Numbered from the stretch's first letter, positions 11,162 through 23,110 are shown. The stretch is DNA of 64,000 bases from Haemophilus parainfluenzae (GCA_963537955.1 CAUTFW010000005.1:12118-76117); one strand, 5' to 3'. Notes: generated by a model from the sequence alone, not told the origin. Translations and numbers: made by a program.

Positions 11162-12952
11162 ATGGATTACGCTCAAGAGGCCATTAATTCGCTTTTATGG
11201 ATAGCAAAAACATTAGCGATGACGGCTGTCGTGTTTAGCTTTGGTATTTTCTTATTAGTCCGATTTACCCACTGGGGTAAACAATTTTGGCAATTTGCGG
11301 GCGGGTATCTTTCACCTCGCCGAAGTATTAAACCTTTGCTATTTTTCTTGTTAATTGTGGCGATGACATTAGTCAGTGTGCGTATTAGCTTGGTGCATTC
11401 TGAGTGGTATAACAATATGTACACATCCTTGCAGGAATTTAATGAACCTGTGTTTTGGGATCAAATGGTGCTGTTTTGTGTGATTGCGACAAGCTCAGTC
11501 ATCGCTGCATTGCTGAGTTATTATTTAGAGCAACGTTTTTCTATTGATTGGATCGAATGGTTGAATGGTCAGTTAGTAGATAAATGGATGAATAATCGCG
11601 CGTACTATAAAACGCAGTATGTTTCCGCTAACTTAGATAACCCCGATCAACGTATTCAACAAGATGTGCAATCCTATGTGCGAACTACGCTCTCTTTAAG
11701 TACAGGGGTGATAGATGCCGTCACCTCCATGATTTCTTACACGATCTTATTGTGGGGATTAGCAGGACCAATGATGGTATTTGGCACTGAAATTCCTCGT
11801 ATGATGGTGTTCTTGGTATTTGCTTATGTGATTATCACTACTGCGATTGCATTCCGTTTAGGGCGTCCGTTAATTATGCTGAATTTTGTCAACGAACGCT
11901 TAAACGCTAACTATCGTTATTCTTTAATTCGCATCAAAGAATATGCGGAAAGTGTGGCATTTTATGCGGGTGAGAAAGCTGAGAGCAGCCAACTTTATAA
12001 ACAATTCAGTTCGGTGATCAATAACATGTGGGATATTGTTTATCGAACCTTAAAATTCTCTGGTTTTAACCTAGTAGTAAGCCAAGTCTCCGTGGTGTTC
12101 CCTTTGTTAATTCAAGTGGGGCGTTATTTCGAGAAGCAAATTAAACTCGGCGATCTTATGCAAACGCTACAAGTATTTGGTAAGTTGCATTCAAATCTTT
12201 CGTTCTTCCGTAATTCTTACGATGGTTTTGCCGGATACAAAGCCACATTAGATCGTTTAACGGGCTTTAGTTATGCGATTGATATGGCAAATCGTCAATC
12301 TACTTCCCATTTACATGAACATGAAACTGACGTGATCTTTAAGAATTTAACCATCAGTAATCCATTTGGAAAAACCTTAATTGAGAATTTAAATTTAACA
12401 CTTCCACAAGGTTCAACCCTATTAATTCAAGGTCATTCAGGCGTGGGTAAAACCACGTTGTTGAGAACTGTGGCAGGGCTTTGGGCTTATTCTGAAGGGG
12501 ATGTGTATTGTCCCACTCATCAGCTTTTCTTATCGCAAAAGCCTTATTTACCGCAAGGTAGTTTGTTAACGGCACTGGCTTATCCGAATGAAGAAAAGGA
12601 ATTTAATCGTGATGAGATGATTGCGGTATTAAAACAAGTGTCTTTAGGGCATTTACAAGATCGTTTAGATCAAGAACAAGATTGGACACGTATTCTTTCG
12701 CTAGGTGAGCAACAGCGTTTGGCTTTTGCTCGTTTGCTATTACATAAGCCGAAAGTAGCCTTTCTGGACGAAGCTACGGCGAGTATGGATGAAGGTTTAG
12801 AAGATACGATGTATCGTCTGTTAAAAGAACGCTTACCCCATACAACGGTTATTAGCGTAGGGCATCGTTCAACCTTACAAGCTTTCCATCAGCAACAATT
12901 GATGATTTTAGGTAACGGTAAGTGGCAATTCACTGATCGAAATCAGGTATAA
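11162..12952 (+). CDS. ABC transporter, fused SbmA/BacA-like permease and ATPase (YddA-like)
   Basis: Walker A GHSGVGKTT, signature LSLGEQQRLAF, Walker B VAFLDEATAS. N-terminal TMD. ATG at 11162 is preferred over the TTG at 11156 used by the track. Confidence 0.85.
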   Translation: MDYAQEAINSLLWIAKTLAMTAVVFSFGIFLLVRFTHWGKQFWQFAGGYLSPRRSIKPLLFFLLIVAMTLVSVRISLVHSEWYNNMYTSLQEFNEPVFWDQMVLFCVIATSSVIAALLSYYLEQRFSIDWIEWLNGQLVDKWMNNRAYYKTQYVSANLDNPDQRIQQDVQSYVRTTLSLSTGVIDAVTSMISYTILLWGLAGPMMVFGTEIPRMMVFLVFAYVIITTAIAFRLGRPLIMLNFVNERLNANYRYSLIRIKEYAESVAFYAGEKAESSQLYKQFSSVINNMWDIVYRTLKFSGFNLVVSQVSVVFPLLIQVGRYFEKQIKLGDLMQTLQVFGKLHSNLSFFRNSYDGFAGYKATLDRLTGFSYAIDMANRQSTSHLHEHETDVIFKNLTISNPFGKTLIENLNLTLPQGSTLLIQGHSGVGKTTLLRTVAGLWAYSEGDVYCPTHQLFLSQKPYLPQGSLLTALAYPNEEKEFNRDEMIAVLKQVSLGHLQDRLDQEQDWTRILSLGEQQRLAFARLLLHKPKVAFLDEATASMDEGLEDTMYRLLKERLPHTTVISVGHRSTLQAFHQQQLMILGNGKWQFTDRNQV

Positions 12953-13090
12953 AATACCACTAAAATTGACCGCACTTACCTTGTTAGAAAAAATCGCGAG
13001 GTAAGTGTAGAGGATCAAGGCAAAAAATCCTGTTATCAAGCTCGATTTTTTGGTACATTTAGCACAATTTTTTTCTATGCTCAGAAATGA

Positions 13091-14179
<1,089 letters not shown>

Positions 14180-14186
14180 TCTCCAA

Positions 14187-14245
14187 AAGTGCGGTCAGAA
14201 AAATCGGCGTTTTTAATTCGTCTGATTTTTTGACCGCATTTTTCC
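14187..14245 (+). terminator. hairpin (USS plus degenerate inverted USS) between mreB and mreC; possible attenuator
   Basis: TGCGGTCAGAAAAATC pairs with GATTTTTTGACCGCA across an 18-nt loop and is followed by a T-rich tract. Confidence 0.5.
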
Positions 14246-14265
14246 TTTTAACCCTAGGACAGTGA

Positions 14266-15330
14266 ATGAAACCCATTTTTGGTAAAGCACCACCATTAGG
14301 CATCCGACTCGCATTAGCGGTGATTGCTTCGATGACACTCATTTTAGTTGATGGACAAACCTCATCAATGACAAAGGCGCGTAGTGTGATGGAAACTGCC
14401 GTTGGGGGATTGTATTACCTTGCGAATGGGCCAAGAACAGTTCTAGATGGGGTATCAAGCAATTTGGTGGATACCAATAAACTGCTTATTGAAAATAAAG
14501 TATTGCGTGAGCAATTGCGTGAGAAAAATGCTGATCTTTTATTATTGGATCAACTCAAAGTAGAAAACCAACGTCTTCGTTTACTGCTTAATTCGCCTTT
14601 ACGGACCGATGAATATAAAAAGATTGCCGAAGTGCTTACTGCTGAAACTGATGTTTATCGTCAGCAAGTGGTGATTAATCAAGGGGAACGTGATGGTGCT
14701 TATGTTGGTCAGCCCGTGATTGATGAAAAAGGAATGATTGGTCAGATTATATCTGTGGGTGAGAACACCAGCCGAGTCTTGCTTTTAACGGATGTAACCC
14801 ATTCTATCCCAGTGCAAGTTTTACGTAATGATGTGCGCGTGATCGCGAGTGGTACAGGACACTCTGATGAACTTACCTTAGATAATGTGCCTCGTTCTGT
14901 GGATATTGAAAAAGGCGATTTATTGGTGACTTCCGGTTTAGGTGGTCGCTTTGTAGAAGGCTATCCGGTGGCAGTCGTACAAAGTGTGTCTCGCGATGGT
15001 TCTAATTATTTTGCAACAGTGAAAGCAAAACCTTTAGCTGAATTAGATCGTTTACGTTATTTACTTTTACTCTGGCCGAGCAATCTTGATATGTCGAAAG
15101 TGAAATCCATGTCACCAGAAGAAGTGCGTCGTTTAGTACAGCAACGTTTAGAAAGCCAAGCCCATGAAGCGACACATTCAGTGAGTAAAACCAAAATTAC
15201 AGATGACCAAGCGGATAGCACTCAAACGCATACAGGAAAAGAAATCGTGGATCCTGAAATTCCAACCACAATGCCTCAACAAGAGGAGCCGGTTTCTCCA
15301 GATCAACAAGAACATAGGGATGAAGACTAA
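14266..15330 (+). CDS. mreC: rod shape-determining protein MreC
   Basis: N-terminal anchor, coiled coil and beta-barrel domains, acidic and proline-rich tail; lies between mreB and mreD. Confidence 0.93.
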   Translation: MKPIFGKAPPLGIRLALAVIASMTLILVDGQTSSMTKARSVMETAVGGLYYLANGPRTVLDGVSSNLVDTNKLLIENKVLREQLREKNADLLLLDQLKVENQRLRLLLNSPLRTDEYKKIAEVLTAETDVYRQQVVINQGERDGAYVGQPVIDEKGMIGQIISVGENTSRVLLLTDVTHSIPVQVLRNDVRVIASGTGHSDELTLDNVPRSVDIEKGDLLVTSGLGGRFVEGYPVAVVQSVSRDGSNYFATVKAKPLAELDRLRYLLLLWPSNLDMSKVKSMSPEEVRRLVQQRLESQAHEATHSVSKTKITDDQADSTQTHTGKEIVDPEIPTTMPQQEEPVSPDQQEHRDED

Positions 15331-15818
15331 TGCAAGGGCGTTTTATTTTTCAATGGGCGACCATTTTATGCTTCTTTGTTGTAGCATTAGTGATGGAGTT
15401 AGCACCATGGCCTGCAGGCTTTCAAGCCTTTAAACCTTCTTGGTTGATTTTAGTCTTGCTTTACTGGACCCTTGCTTTACCTGATAGAGTAAGCATTGGT
15501 TGGGCGTTTTTACTCGGGGTTTTATGGGATATTGTGCTAGGCTCTATTCTAGGCGTGCATGCATTAGTGCTTTCTGTCGCCTTCTATTTTGTTTCCAAAT
15601 ATTACTTAATGTTGCGCAATCTTTCCCTTTGGTTTCAAAGTTTATTGGTCCTTCTTTTCGTTTTTGCCATTCGAGTGGCTATTTTCTTGGTTGAATTCTC
15701 TTTACATGGGGCATTTTTTAACTGGCAGGAAATCTTTGGCGCCATCGCATCAGGCGTGTTATGGCCGTGGGTATTCTTATTGATGCGCACAGCACGCCGA
15801 AGAGTCGGATTGCATTAA
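15330..15818 (+). CDS. mreD: rod shape-determining protein MreD
   Basis: 162-aa polytopic membrane protein; its start overlaps the mreC stop. Confidence 0.9.
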   Translation: MQGRFIFQWATILCFFVVALVMELAPWPAGFQAFKPSWLILVLLYWTLALPDRVSIGWAFLLGVLWDIVLGSILGVHALVLSVAFYFVSKYYLMLRNLSLWFQSLLVLLFVFAIRVAIFLVEFSLHGAFFNWQEIFGAIASGVLWPWVFLLMRTARRRVGLH

Positions 15819-15824
15819 TCATAA

Positions 15825-15856
15825 AAAAAGCTGATGAAGATATTCATCAGCTTTTC
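15825..15856. terminator. bidirectional terminator between mreD and rhlB
   Basis: AAAAAGCTGATGAA-gata-TTCATCAGCTTTT hairpin with A and T flanks; lies between convergent genes. Confidence 0.85.
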
Positions 15857-15859
15857 TTT

Positions 15860-17119
15860 TTAGTTTTTACGACGGTAGTTTGTTTTTCTCGTCGTAGTAT
15901 TTCTTGTTTGAGGCGTAGGGTTGCGTTTTAAACGATAAGGTTTTGGAATGTCATTAATCAATGAATTCGGGTCATATTGGCTGACCGGAATAGAATGACC
16001 AATGTATTCTTCAATAGCGGGTAAATTCATCGCATATTCTTCACAAGCAAAGCTGATTGATACACCACTTTCACCCGCTCGACCAGTACGGCCAATACGG
16101 TGAACGTAATCTTCTCGATCATCAGGTAAATCAAAGTTAAAGACGTGTGTCACATCTGAAATATGTAGCCCACGCGCGGCAACATCGGTTGCGACGAGAA
16201 TATCGAGTTCACCATCGGTAAATTGTTTGAGCAATGAAAGACGTTTTTTCTGTGCTACATCACCTGTGAGCAATCCCACACGATGACCATCGGCTGCTAA
16301 ATAGCCCCAAATTTCTTCACATTTATGTTTAGTATTCGCAAAAACAATGCAACGCTCTGGCCATTCCTCTTCCATTAACGTGAGTAAGAGAGGGATTTTG
16401 TCTTCATTTGAGGGATAGAAAAGTTCCTCTTTAATTCGATGTCCCGTTTTTTGCTCTGGTTCAATTTCAATGTATTCTGGGGAATTCATATCTTCAAAGG
16501 CAAGTTCTCGTACTTTGTAAGAGAGCGTTGCAGAAAAGAGCATGGTGAGGCGTTCTTGCGGAGAAGGACATTTACGTAATAAATAACGAATATCACGAAT
16601 GAATCCTAAATCAAACATGCGATCCGCTTCATCCAATACCACAACTTTGATATCATCTAAACGGATAATACCTTGTTTCACGTAGTCAATCACACGACCA
16701 GTGGTACCAATTAAAATATCCACACCGGCTTCAATCGCTTTAAGTTGTTTATCATAGCCATCACCACCATAAGCCAGTGCGGTTCGTAATCCACTTGTTT
16801 TTGCTAATAACTCAGCATCATGATTAATTTGTACAGCCAGTTCACGGGTTGGAGCAAGAATTAAAGCACGGGGTTGATTGGTAGCAAAATCAGGTTGATG
16901 CGTTAATAAATGATGAAATGTTGCCGTTAAAAATGCCATTGTTTTACCTGTGCCGGTTTGTGCTTGGCCAGCAACATCTTTTCCTTGTAAGGTAATAGGT
17001 AATGATAACGCTTGAATCGGGGTACAATATTCAAATCCCTTGTCTTGTAGGGCTTTTTGTACCATAGGATGTAATGGAAGATCAGCAAATCGCTGCTGAC
17101 TTAAATAATTTTCTTGCAT
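15860..17119 (-). CDS. rhlB: ATP-dependent RNA helicase RhlB
   Basis: [15 protein letters not shown] and [10 protein letters not shown] motifs with a basic C-terminal tail. Start trimmed to [11 protein letters not shown] (ATG 17117-17119). Confidence 0.92.
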   Translation of the reverse strand: MQENYLSQQRFADLPLHPMVQKALQDKGFEYCTPIQALSLPITLQGKDVAGQAQTGTGKTMAFLTATFHHLLTHQPDFATNQPRALILAPTRELAVQINHDAELLAKTSGLRTALAYGGDGYDKQLKAIEAGVDILIGTTGRVIDYVKQGIIRLDDIKVVVLDEADRMFDLGFIRDIRYLLRKCPSPQERLTMLFSATLSYKVRELAFEDMNSPEYIEIEPEQKTGHRIKEELFYPSNEDKIPLLLTLMEEEWPERCIVFANTKHKCEEIWGYLAADGHRVGLLTGDVAQKKRLSLLKQFTDGELDILVATDVAARGLHISDVTHVFNFDLPDDREDYVHRIGRTGRAGESGVSISFACEEYAMNLPAIEEYIGHSIPVSQYDPNSLINDIPKPYRLKRNPTPQTRNTTTRKTNYRRKN

Positions 17120-17209
17120 AATAAATAATAGGTTCTCAGAAATAAATGGGGCTAAGGATAGCACGAAGTCGGAAAAATATCCTTAAAAATAAAATGCTTA
17201 TTAATAGGT

Positions 17210-17487
17210 TTAAGCTTGAGGTTGAGTAGATTGGGTTCGTTCCCATTTTCTTGCAATATAGCTACAAGTTGGGTGCAAAGTGAGCTTTTTAGCTTGGATA
17301 AAATGAATTAAGGCTTGATAGAGTTTGTCTGCCACACCTTGTCCACGAAGAGAATCATCAACAAACGTGTGATTAGCATTAATGGTATCGGGTGTTTCAT
17401 AAAAATAGGTAAGTTTCGCGATTTTCTTGCCTTGCTCATCGAGTAAGAAAAACTCACCCTGTTTACCATTATCGTGATGCTGAAGAC

Positions 17488-17491
<4 letters not shown>
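17210..17491 (-). CDS. small GNAT-like (YjdJ-type) acetyltransferase-fold protein
   Basis: About 93 aa with an RGQGVADKL acetyl-CoA-loop-like motif. The ATG overlaps the yacG stop (ATGA-type overlap). Confidence 0.7.
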
Positions 17492-18343
<852 letters not shown>

Positions 18344-18395
18344 TTACATCCACTTCTTAAACATAATATTTTTCAATGTTGCCAATATATTACAT

Positions 18396-19073
18396 TTATA
18401 GGTTGATTGCACTGGTGATGATTAACGATAAGCAAAGAAAGGGCGCGAAAGGTAAAACAGGTTGACGAGAAATCCAATAACCTATGATGCCTAATAGACA
18501 GGCAATGAATAAAAAAAGTGGTAAGAGCTCGATGGTGAGATAAGCGCCGATTCCTAAAGCGAGCCAATAATCGCCACGGCCTAACGCTTCCTTCTTATAA
18601 AACCATTTAGACAAATGATAGATGATGTAAAAAATACTGAAAAAACTAACCGCACTTTCTAAACTTTGAGAAAGCGTCAGAATTGAAAATTCTTGATGTG
18701 CGCCGAATAGCCCCAGGAAAAATAAAAACAGGCAAGGTGTAGGTGAAATCAGCTGATAATGCCAGTCTAGCCAACTGATAACAAAGATGAGACTAAGCGT
18801 AATCGCGAGCCATAAAGTAAATAATTCATCCTGAAGAAAATAACAGAGTACAGCAAAACAGAGTCCAAACCCTAAAAAATAAAGGAAAATATGACCGCAC
18901 TTTTGAGATTGAATCACTGCTTTTTCGCTATAGAAAATAGGATTGTTTTCAGGATAAAGTTCGATATAGTTCTGATAAATTTCTTGTTGGAGATTGGGTA
19001 TAAAACGATCAATATAAACCCAAGCAAGGATGCCCGCTAAACCACCCAATAAGAAAAAGGCGAATGTCATCAT
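18396..19073 (-). CDS. pilD: prepilin peptidase
   Basis: Polytopic A24-family protein with GRGDYWLALG (GxGDxKL-like) aspartate motif; last gene of the pil operon. Confidence 0.85.
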   Translation of the reverse strand: MMTFAFFLLGGLAGILAWVYIDRFIPNLQQEIYQNYIELYPENNPIFYSEKAVIQSQKCGHIFLYFLGFGLCFAVLCYFLQDELFTLWLAITLSLIFVISWLDWHYQLISPTPCLFLFFLGLFGAHQEFSILTLSQSLESAVSFFSIFYIIYHLSKWFYKKEALGRGDYWLALGIGAYLTIELLPLFLFIACLLGIIGYWISRQPVLPFAPFLCLSLIITSAINL

Positions 19074-20293
19074 TGGATTACCGATCCCATATTAAAAATC
19101 GGCAGATACATGCCCATCATAATAATACCAATTAAACTACCAATGATGAGCATCATTAAAGGCTCTAAAAGTTGGGAAAGTAAATCAATTTGATGATTGA
19201 GTTTTTCTTGATAGTTATCAGCAATATGACGCAACATCAACGCAAGTTTTCCACTTTTCTCTCCAATCTGTAGCATTTGCTGCGCTTCCATTGGGAAAAG
19301 ATGGCTACTGACGCTTTCTGAAAATGGATAACCTTGAGAAACCCACTGTAAAATTGACCGCACTTCTTGTTGTAGCAGAATATCGCCTTTTAAGGTACGT
19401 TGTGTTTGCCAGGTTTGTTGTTTGGGTAGGAAGCTATTTAAGGCTGGCGTTAATGCCACTCCTGATTGAAGCATTAATTGCAGGTTATGGCTAAAACTGA
19501 TTAAACGAGAAAGGCAAATGATATTGCCCCAAATTGGCATGCGACTAATCAGCGCATTCTTTTTTTGATTCACCCAAAGAGAATGTTTTAATGCCATCTT
19601 CAGCATAAAAAGAACGAAAATACAGACAATCATCAATGAAATAAAATGATGTTGTAGGAATTGAGACATGGCTAATAATACGGCGGTTAATGTAGGTAAC
19701 TCAGCGGAATTTTCACCATACATTTCAGCAAATTGCGGAACAACGAAAAGAAGTAAAATTAACGTAAGTGATAGTGAAATACCTAATACCATGGCAGGAT
19801 AAAGCATGATTTTTTGTAATTTACGTTGAAGCGTTAATGATTGTGTTCGACGTTCTGCAATTTTAGTGCATACCTCCGCCAGTTTTCCTGTCATCTCTCC
19901 CACTTGAATAAGTTGAATTTCTTGAAAATTTAAATACTTTCCTTGAGTTTCCAAGCTTTGTGAAAACGGAAGACCACTTTCAATTAACTCAATTAAGGTG
20001 CCAAGCCACTGATGCAATCCCAATTGTGTGCAGTTATCTTGCAAAATGTGCAAGGCATTTTTTAATGGAATGGCAGAGCTGAGTAGTGTAGCTAGCTGAT
20101 TTAATAAAGTACTGATCTCAGCATTTTTAGGTTTCTGATTAAGTTGCCAATCTTGTTGCAAGCGAATGTGGCTAAAACCTTTTGCAATTAACAGAAATTG
20201 TGCGGCTTGTTTAGATTGAGCAACCAGACTGCCTTTTTGCCATTGTTGTCGCTGATCATAGGCTTGAAAATAAAAGAGTTTTTGCTTTGCCAT
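19070..20293 (-). CDS. pilC: type IV pilus platform protein (GspF family)
   Basis: Two GspF-type repeats and three TM segments; 4-nt overlap with pilD. Confidence 0.9.
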   Translation of the reverse strand: MAKQKLFYFQAYDQRQQWQKGSLVAQSKQAAQFLLIAKGFSHIRLQQDWQLNQKPKNAEISTLLNQLATLLSSAIPLKNALHILQDNCTQLGLHQWLGTLIELIESGLPFSQSLETQGKYLNFQEIQLIQVGEMTGKLAEVCTKIAERRTQSLTLQRKLQKIMLYPAMVLGISLSLTLILLLFVVPQFAEMYGENSAELPTLTAVLLAMSQFLQHHFISLMIVCIFVLFMLKMALKHSLWVNQKKNALISRMPIWGNIICLSRLISFSHNLQLMLQSGVALTPALNSFLPKQQTWQTQRTLKGDILLQQEVRSILQWVSQGYPFSESVSSHLFPMEAQQMLQIGEKSGKLALMLRHIADNYQEKLNHQIDLLSQLLEPLMMLIIGSLIGIIMMGMYLPIFNMGSVIQ

Positions 20294-20301
20294 AGTGATA
20301 C

Positions 20302-21681
20302 CTATTTTTTACCTAACACGCGTTGAATTTCGGCGAGATCGGTGATGCGCTCTTTCACTTTTTCTAACGCACTTTGATAAAGTGATTCAAAATCAGTTTG
20401 GTAACGGTTGTCTTCGCATTGTAAAAATTGATATACCCCAATACGCCCTTGATACCCCTGATGGCAATCACAAGAGTTTCCAAAATGTTGACCGCACTTT
20501 AAGCAACGTTTGCGTACCAATCGTTGTGCGATAACTAATAAGAGACTGTTTTCAATTTCATGAGATTGAATGCCTAATTGTTGTAAGCGTGAAATGGCTG
20601 AGATCGCATCGTTGGTATGTAAGGTAGAAAGTACTAGATGACCTGTTTGAGCCGCTCTTAATGCCATCAATGCACTTTCTTCGTCTCGAATTTCACCAAG
20701 CATAATAATGTCGGGATCTTGTCGTAAAAATGTACGAAGTAATCGGCTAAAATCTAAACCGATTTGCGGATTCACTTGAGTTTGAATGATGCCTTCTAAT
20801 TCAATTTCAACGGGATCTTCTGCCGTCATAATATGTTTATCTGGCGTATTGAGCCATTGAAGTGCGGTATAAAGCGAGATACTTTTTCCACTTCCTGTTG
20901 GTCCAGTCACCAGGATTAAACCTTGAGGTTGGCTGAGTGCATGTTGAAATTGACTTTGTTGGTTTTGTGTCATGCCCAATTCAGCAAAACTTAACTGAAC
21001 AGGTTTATTTTGTTGTAATCGTAATACCGCTTTTTCTCCCCAATGCGTGGGCAAGGTAGAAAGGCGGAAATCTAAAATATCGGAGAATGTCGTTTTGAAT
21101 TGAAAGCGGCCATCTTGTGGTAGCCGAGTTTCACTGATATCCAGTTTGGCTAAGAGTTTTAAACGAGAAATTACACGATTGGCGAGCGATTTACTGATTA
21201 CCGGCTGAGGTTGGAGTACACCATCAATACGTAAACGAATTAAGAGCCCACTTGGCTGCGTTTCTAAATGAATGTCTGAGGCATTTTTTTGCAGTGCTGT
21301 TTCAAAAATACCATTTAATAATTGAATAACAGGTTCATCATCATTAGATAAATTAGCTGTGTTTTCATCTTCCGAATGATGATAAAACGTTGTTTGTTCT
21401 TCTATTTGATTGGCTTTAGGTGCAAGGGATTGTAAAAGTTGTTTGAGTTGAGTCGTTTCAAATAAAATCGGTTCAACTAATTTTCCGCTCAAAAAAGCAA
21501 AGGTTTCACAAGCTGCAAGATTATTGAGTGAGTCCACCGCAAGCCATAAATGATGTTCATCTTCTTTAAGAGGGAGCGCAAAGTAACGCAACAGCAATGC
21601 TTGTTGCTGTTGGTTTTGTTGCCAATATTGTGGCGAGATATGATAAATCTCGCCATTTTTTGCGGTTGCTTGATAAGCCAT
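20302..21681 (-). CDS. pilB: type IV pilus assembly ATPase (GspE family)
   Basis: Walker A GPTGSGKS, Asp and His boxes, and a C-terminal tetracysteine motif CLKCG...CDCHQG. Confidence 0.92.
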   Translation of the reverse strand: MAYQATAKNGEIYHISPQYWQQNQQQQALLLRYFALPLKEDEHHLWLAVDSLNNLAACETFAFLSGKLVEPILFETTQLKQLLQSLAPKANQIEEQTTFYHHSEDENTANLSNDDEPVIQLLNGIFETALQKNASDIHLETQPSGLLIRLRIDGVLQPQPVISKSLANRVISRLKLLAKLDISETRLPQDGRFQFKTTFSDILDFRLSTLPTHWGEKAVLRLQQNKPVQLSFAELGMTQNQQSQFQHALSQPQGLILVTGPTGSGKSISLYTALQWLNTPDKHIMTAEDPVEIELEGIIQTQVNPQIGLDFSRLLRTFLRQDPDIIMLGEIRDEESALMALRAAQTGHLVLSTLHTNDAISAISRLQQLGIQSHEIENSLLLVIAQRLVRKRCLKCGQHFGNSCDCHQGYQGRIGVYQFLQCEDNRYQTDFESLYQSALEKVKERITDLAEIQRVLGKK

Positions 21682-21687
21682 GTTTCG

Positions 21688-22131
21688 CTATTTAGCTGAA
21701 GAGCAGAAACCCGCTGGGAATAAATCCGTATTGCTTGGGCAAGCAGTTGTCCAGGTGACACCTGATGAGGTTGAGCCTGTCGCCGTTAAAGAATAACTGA
21801 TCCCATCCAATGCGCCATTTCCTGTTACCGTAATCACACCCGATTTCGTGGTAATGGATTTAACATAGCCTTTTGCAGTAGTGATGTCTGCTGCAATGCC
21901 ATTTGAACCACCAGAACAGTTTGTTGGGGCATTGGTGCTATAGACACATAATTCCACATCAGATTTATAAGGTGCAGAAGCTTGCAACAATTCGGAGATG
22001 GCTGCTTTTTTGGTATAATTTTGATAAGACGGAATGGCGATCGTCGCGAGAATAGCAATAATCGCAATCACGATCATCAATTCAATTAACGTAAAACCTT
22101 TATGTAAGGGTTTAGAAAAAGTCAGTTTCAT
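21688..22131 (-). CDS. pilA: type IV major prepilin
   Basis: Leader [12 protein letters not shown] then [17 protein letters not shown]. Start trimmed to ATG 22129-22131 with an AAGGAAA RBS. C-terminal disulphide pair. Very similar to my memory of H. influenzae PilA. Confidence 0.93.
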   Translation of the reverse strand: MKLTFSKPLHKGFTLIELMIVIAIIAILATIAIPSYQNYTKKAAISELLQASAPYKSDVELCVYSTNAPTNCSGGSNGIAADITTAKGYVKSITTKSGVITVTGNGALDGISYSLTATGSTSSGVTWTTACPSNTDLFPAGFCSSAK

Positions 22132-22228
22132 TAAATTAAATTTCCTTTTGGTTGAATAAAAAAATGCCAGAATTTTGGCTGCAACATTGTGTAAAAGGGA
22201 AAGATGAAAGTAAAACTGACCGCACTTC

Positions 22229-22250
22229 TTTTGCGATCGAGATCGCAAAA
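22229..22250. promoter_or_regulatory. CRP-S (Sxy/TfoX-dependent CRP) operator of the pil competence operon
   Basis: TTTTGCGATCGAGATCGCAAAA is a perfect palindromic TGCGA-N6-TCGCA site about 100 bp upstream of pilA, in the pilA-ampD divergent region. Confidence 0.85.
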
Positions 22251-22275
22251 ATGAAATTTAATCGCAGAAAAACAG

Positions 22276-22839
22276 ATGAATAAGATAAAAAATGGCTGGT
22301 TAAGCCAGACAAGAAAAGTAATTTCACCACATTTTGATGAACGTCCTGATGTAGAGGATATTTCATTACTCGTCATTCATTACATCAGTTTGCCGCCAGA
22401 ACAATTTGGTGGGGGATATGTAGATGATTTTTTCCAAGGAAAACTCGATCCCACTATCCATCCTTATTTTGAAGAGATTTATCAATTTCGAGTGTCAGCC
22501 CATTGTTTAATTGAACGGGATGGCAAGGTGACGCAATATGTGAGTTTCGATGATAGAGCATGGCATGCGGGGCTTTCTTGCTTTGAAGGTCGGGATAAAT
22601 GCAATGATTTTGCGATTGGGATTGAGCTAGAGGGCAGTAATGAACAACCTTTTACAGAGGAACAATACCAAGTGCTTGCTGCATTAACACGAGATATCAT
22701 GCAGGCTTATCCGAAAATAACGCTCGATCGTATTGTCGGGCATTGCGATATTTCGCCTAGTCGTAAGATCGATCCGGGTCAATATTTTGAATGGGAACGC
22801 TATTTAGCGTTAGTCAAAAAAGGCTTGGATAAAAAATAA
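22276..22839 (+). CDS. ampD: 1,6-anhydro-N-acetylmuramyl-L-alanine amidase
   Basis: Amidase_2 motifs (AWHAG, HCDISPSRKIDPG); divergent from pilA as in H. influenzae. Confidence 0.92.
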   Translation: MNKIKNGWLSQTRKVISPHFDERPDVEDISLLVIHYISLPPEQFGGGYVDDFFQGKLDPTIHPYFEEIYQFRVSAHCLIERDGKVTQYVSFDDRAWHAGLSCFEGRDKCNDFAIGIELEGSNEQPFTEEQYQVLAALTRDIMQAYPKITLDRIVGHCDISPSRKIDPGQYFEWERYLALVKKGLDKK

Positions 22840-22878
22840 CCACTAAAAATTTTGATTGAATGTGAGTAAGATAATTTC

Positions 22879-22887
22879 TGTGAATAA
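22879..22887 (-). promoter_or_regulatory. DnaA box TTATTCACA
   Basis: Plus strand tgtgaataa; exact match to TTATNCACA. Confidence 0.7.
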
Positions 22888-22908
22888 GCCTTATCTTAAT
22901 GAAATTAA

Positions 22909-22924
22909 AGAGAAAATTTTCTCT
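22909..22924. repeat. perfect 16-bp palindrome AGAGAAAATTTTCTCT
   Basis: Read directly; followed by two tandem CTAAAAT-containing 12-mers (22925-22948). Confidence 0.9.
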
Positions 22925-22988
22925 CTAAAATTGAAGCTAAAATGTTGATAAGAGTTATGCAACACTCGCCATTTGCTCAATCACAATT

Positions 22989-22997
22989 TTATCCACA
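22989..22997 (+). promoter_or_regulatory. DnaA box TTATCCACA (perfect R-type)
   Basis: Exact 9-mer, preceded by an IHF-like AATCACAATTTTA. Confidence 0.75.
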
Positions 22998-23072
22998 GAA
23001 ATATTGAATAACTCACAGTTGTTATTTCTTCACCAAGCAAGGAATGTTTAAATTAAAAAATGGCTGAATTTT

Positions 23073-23110
23073 TGACCGCACTTTGACGAGAAAAAGTGCG
23101 GTCATTTTTT
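23073..23110 (+). terminator. rho-independent terminator formed by an inverted USS pair
   Basis: TGACCGCACTTT-gacgaga-AAAGTGCGGTCA followed by T7. Only the plus strand has the T-run. Confidence 0.8.
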
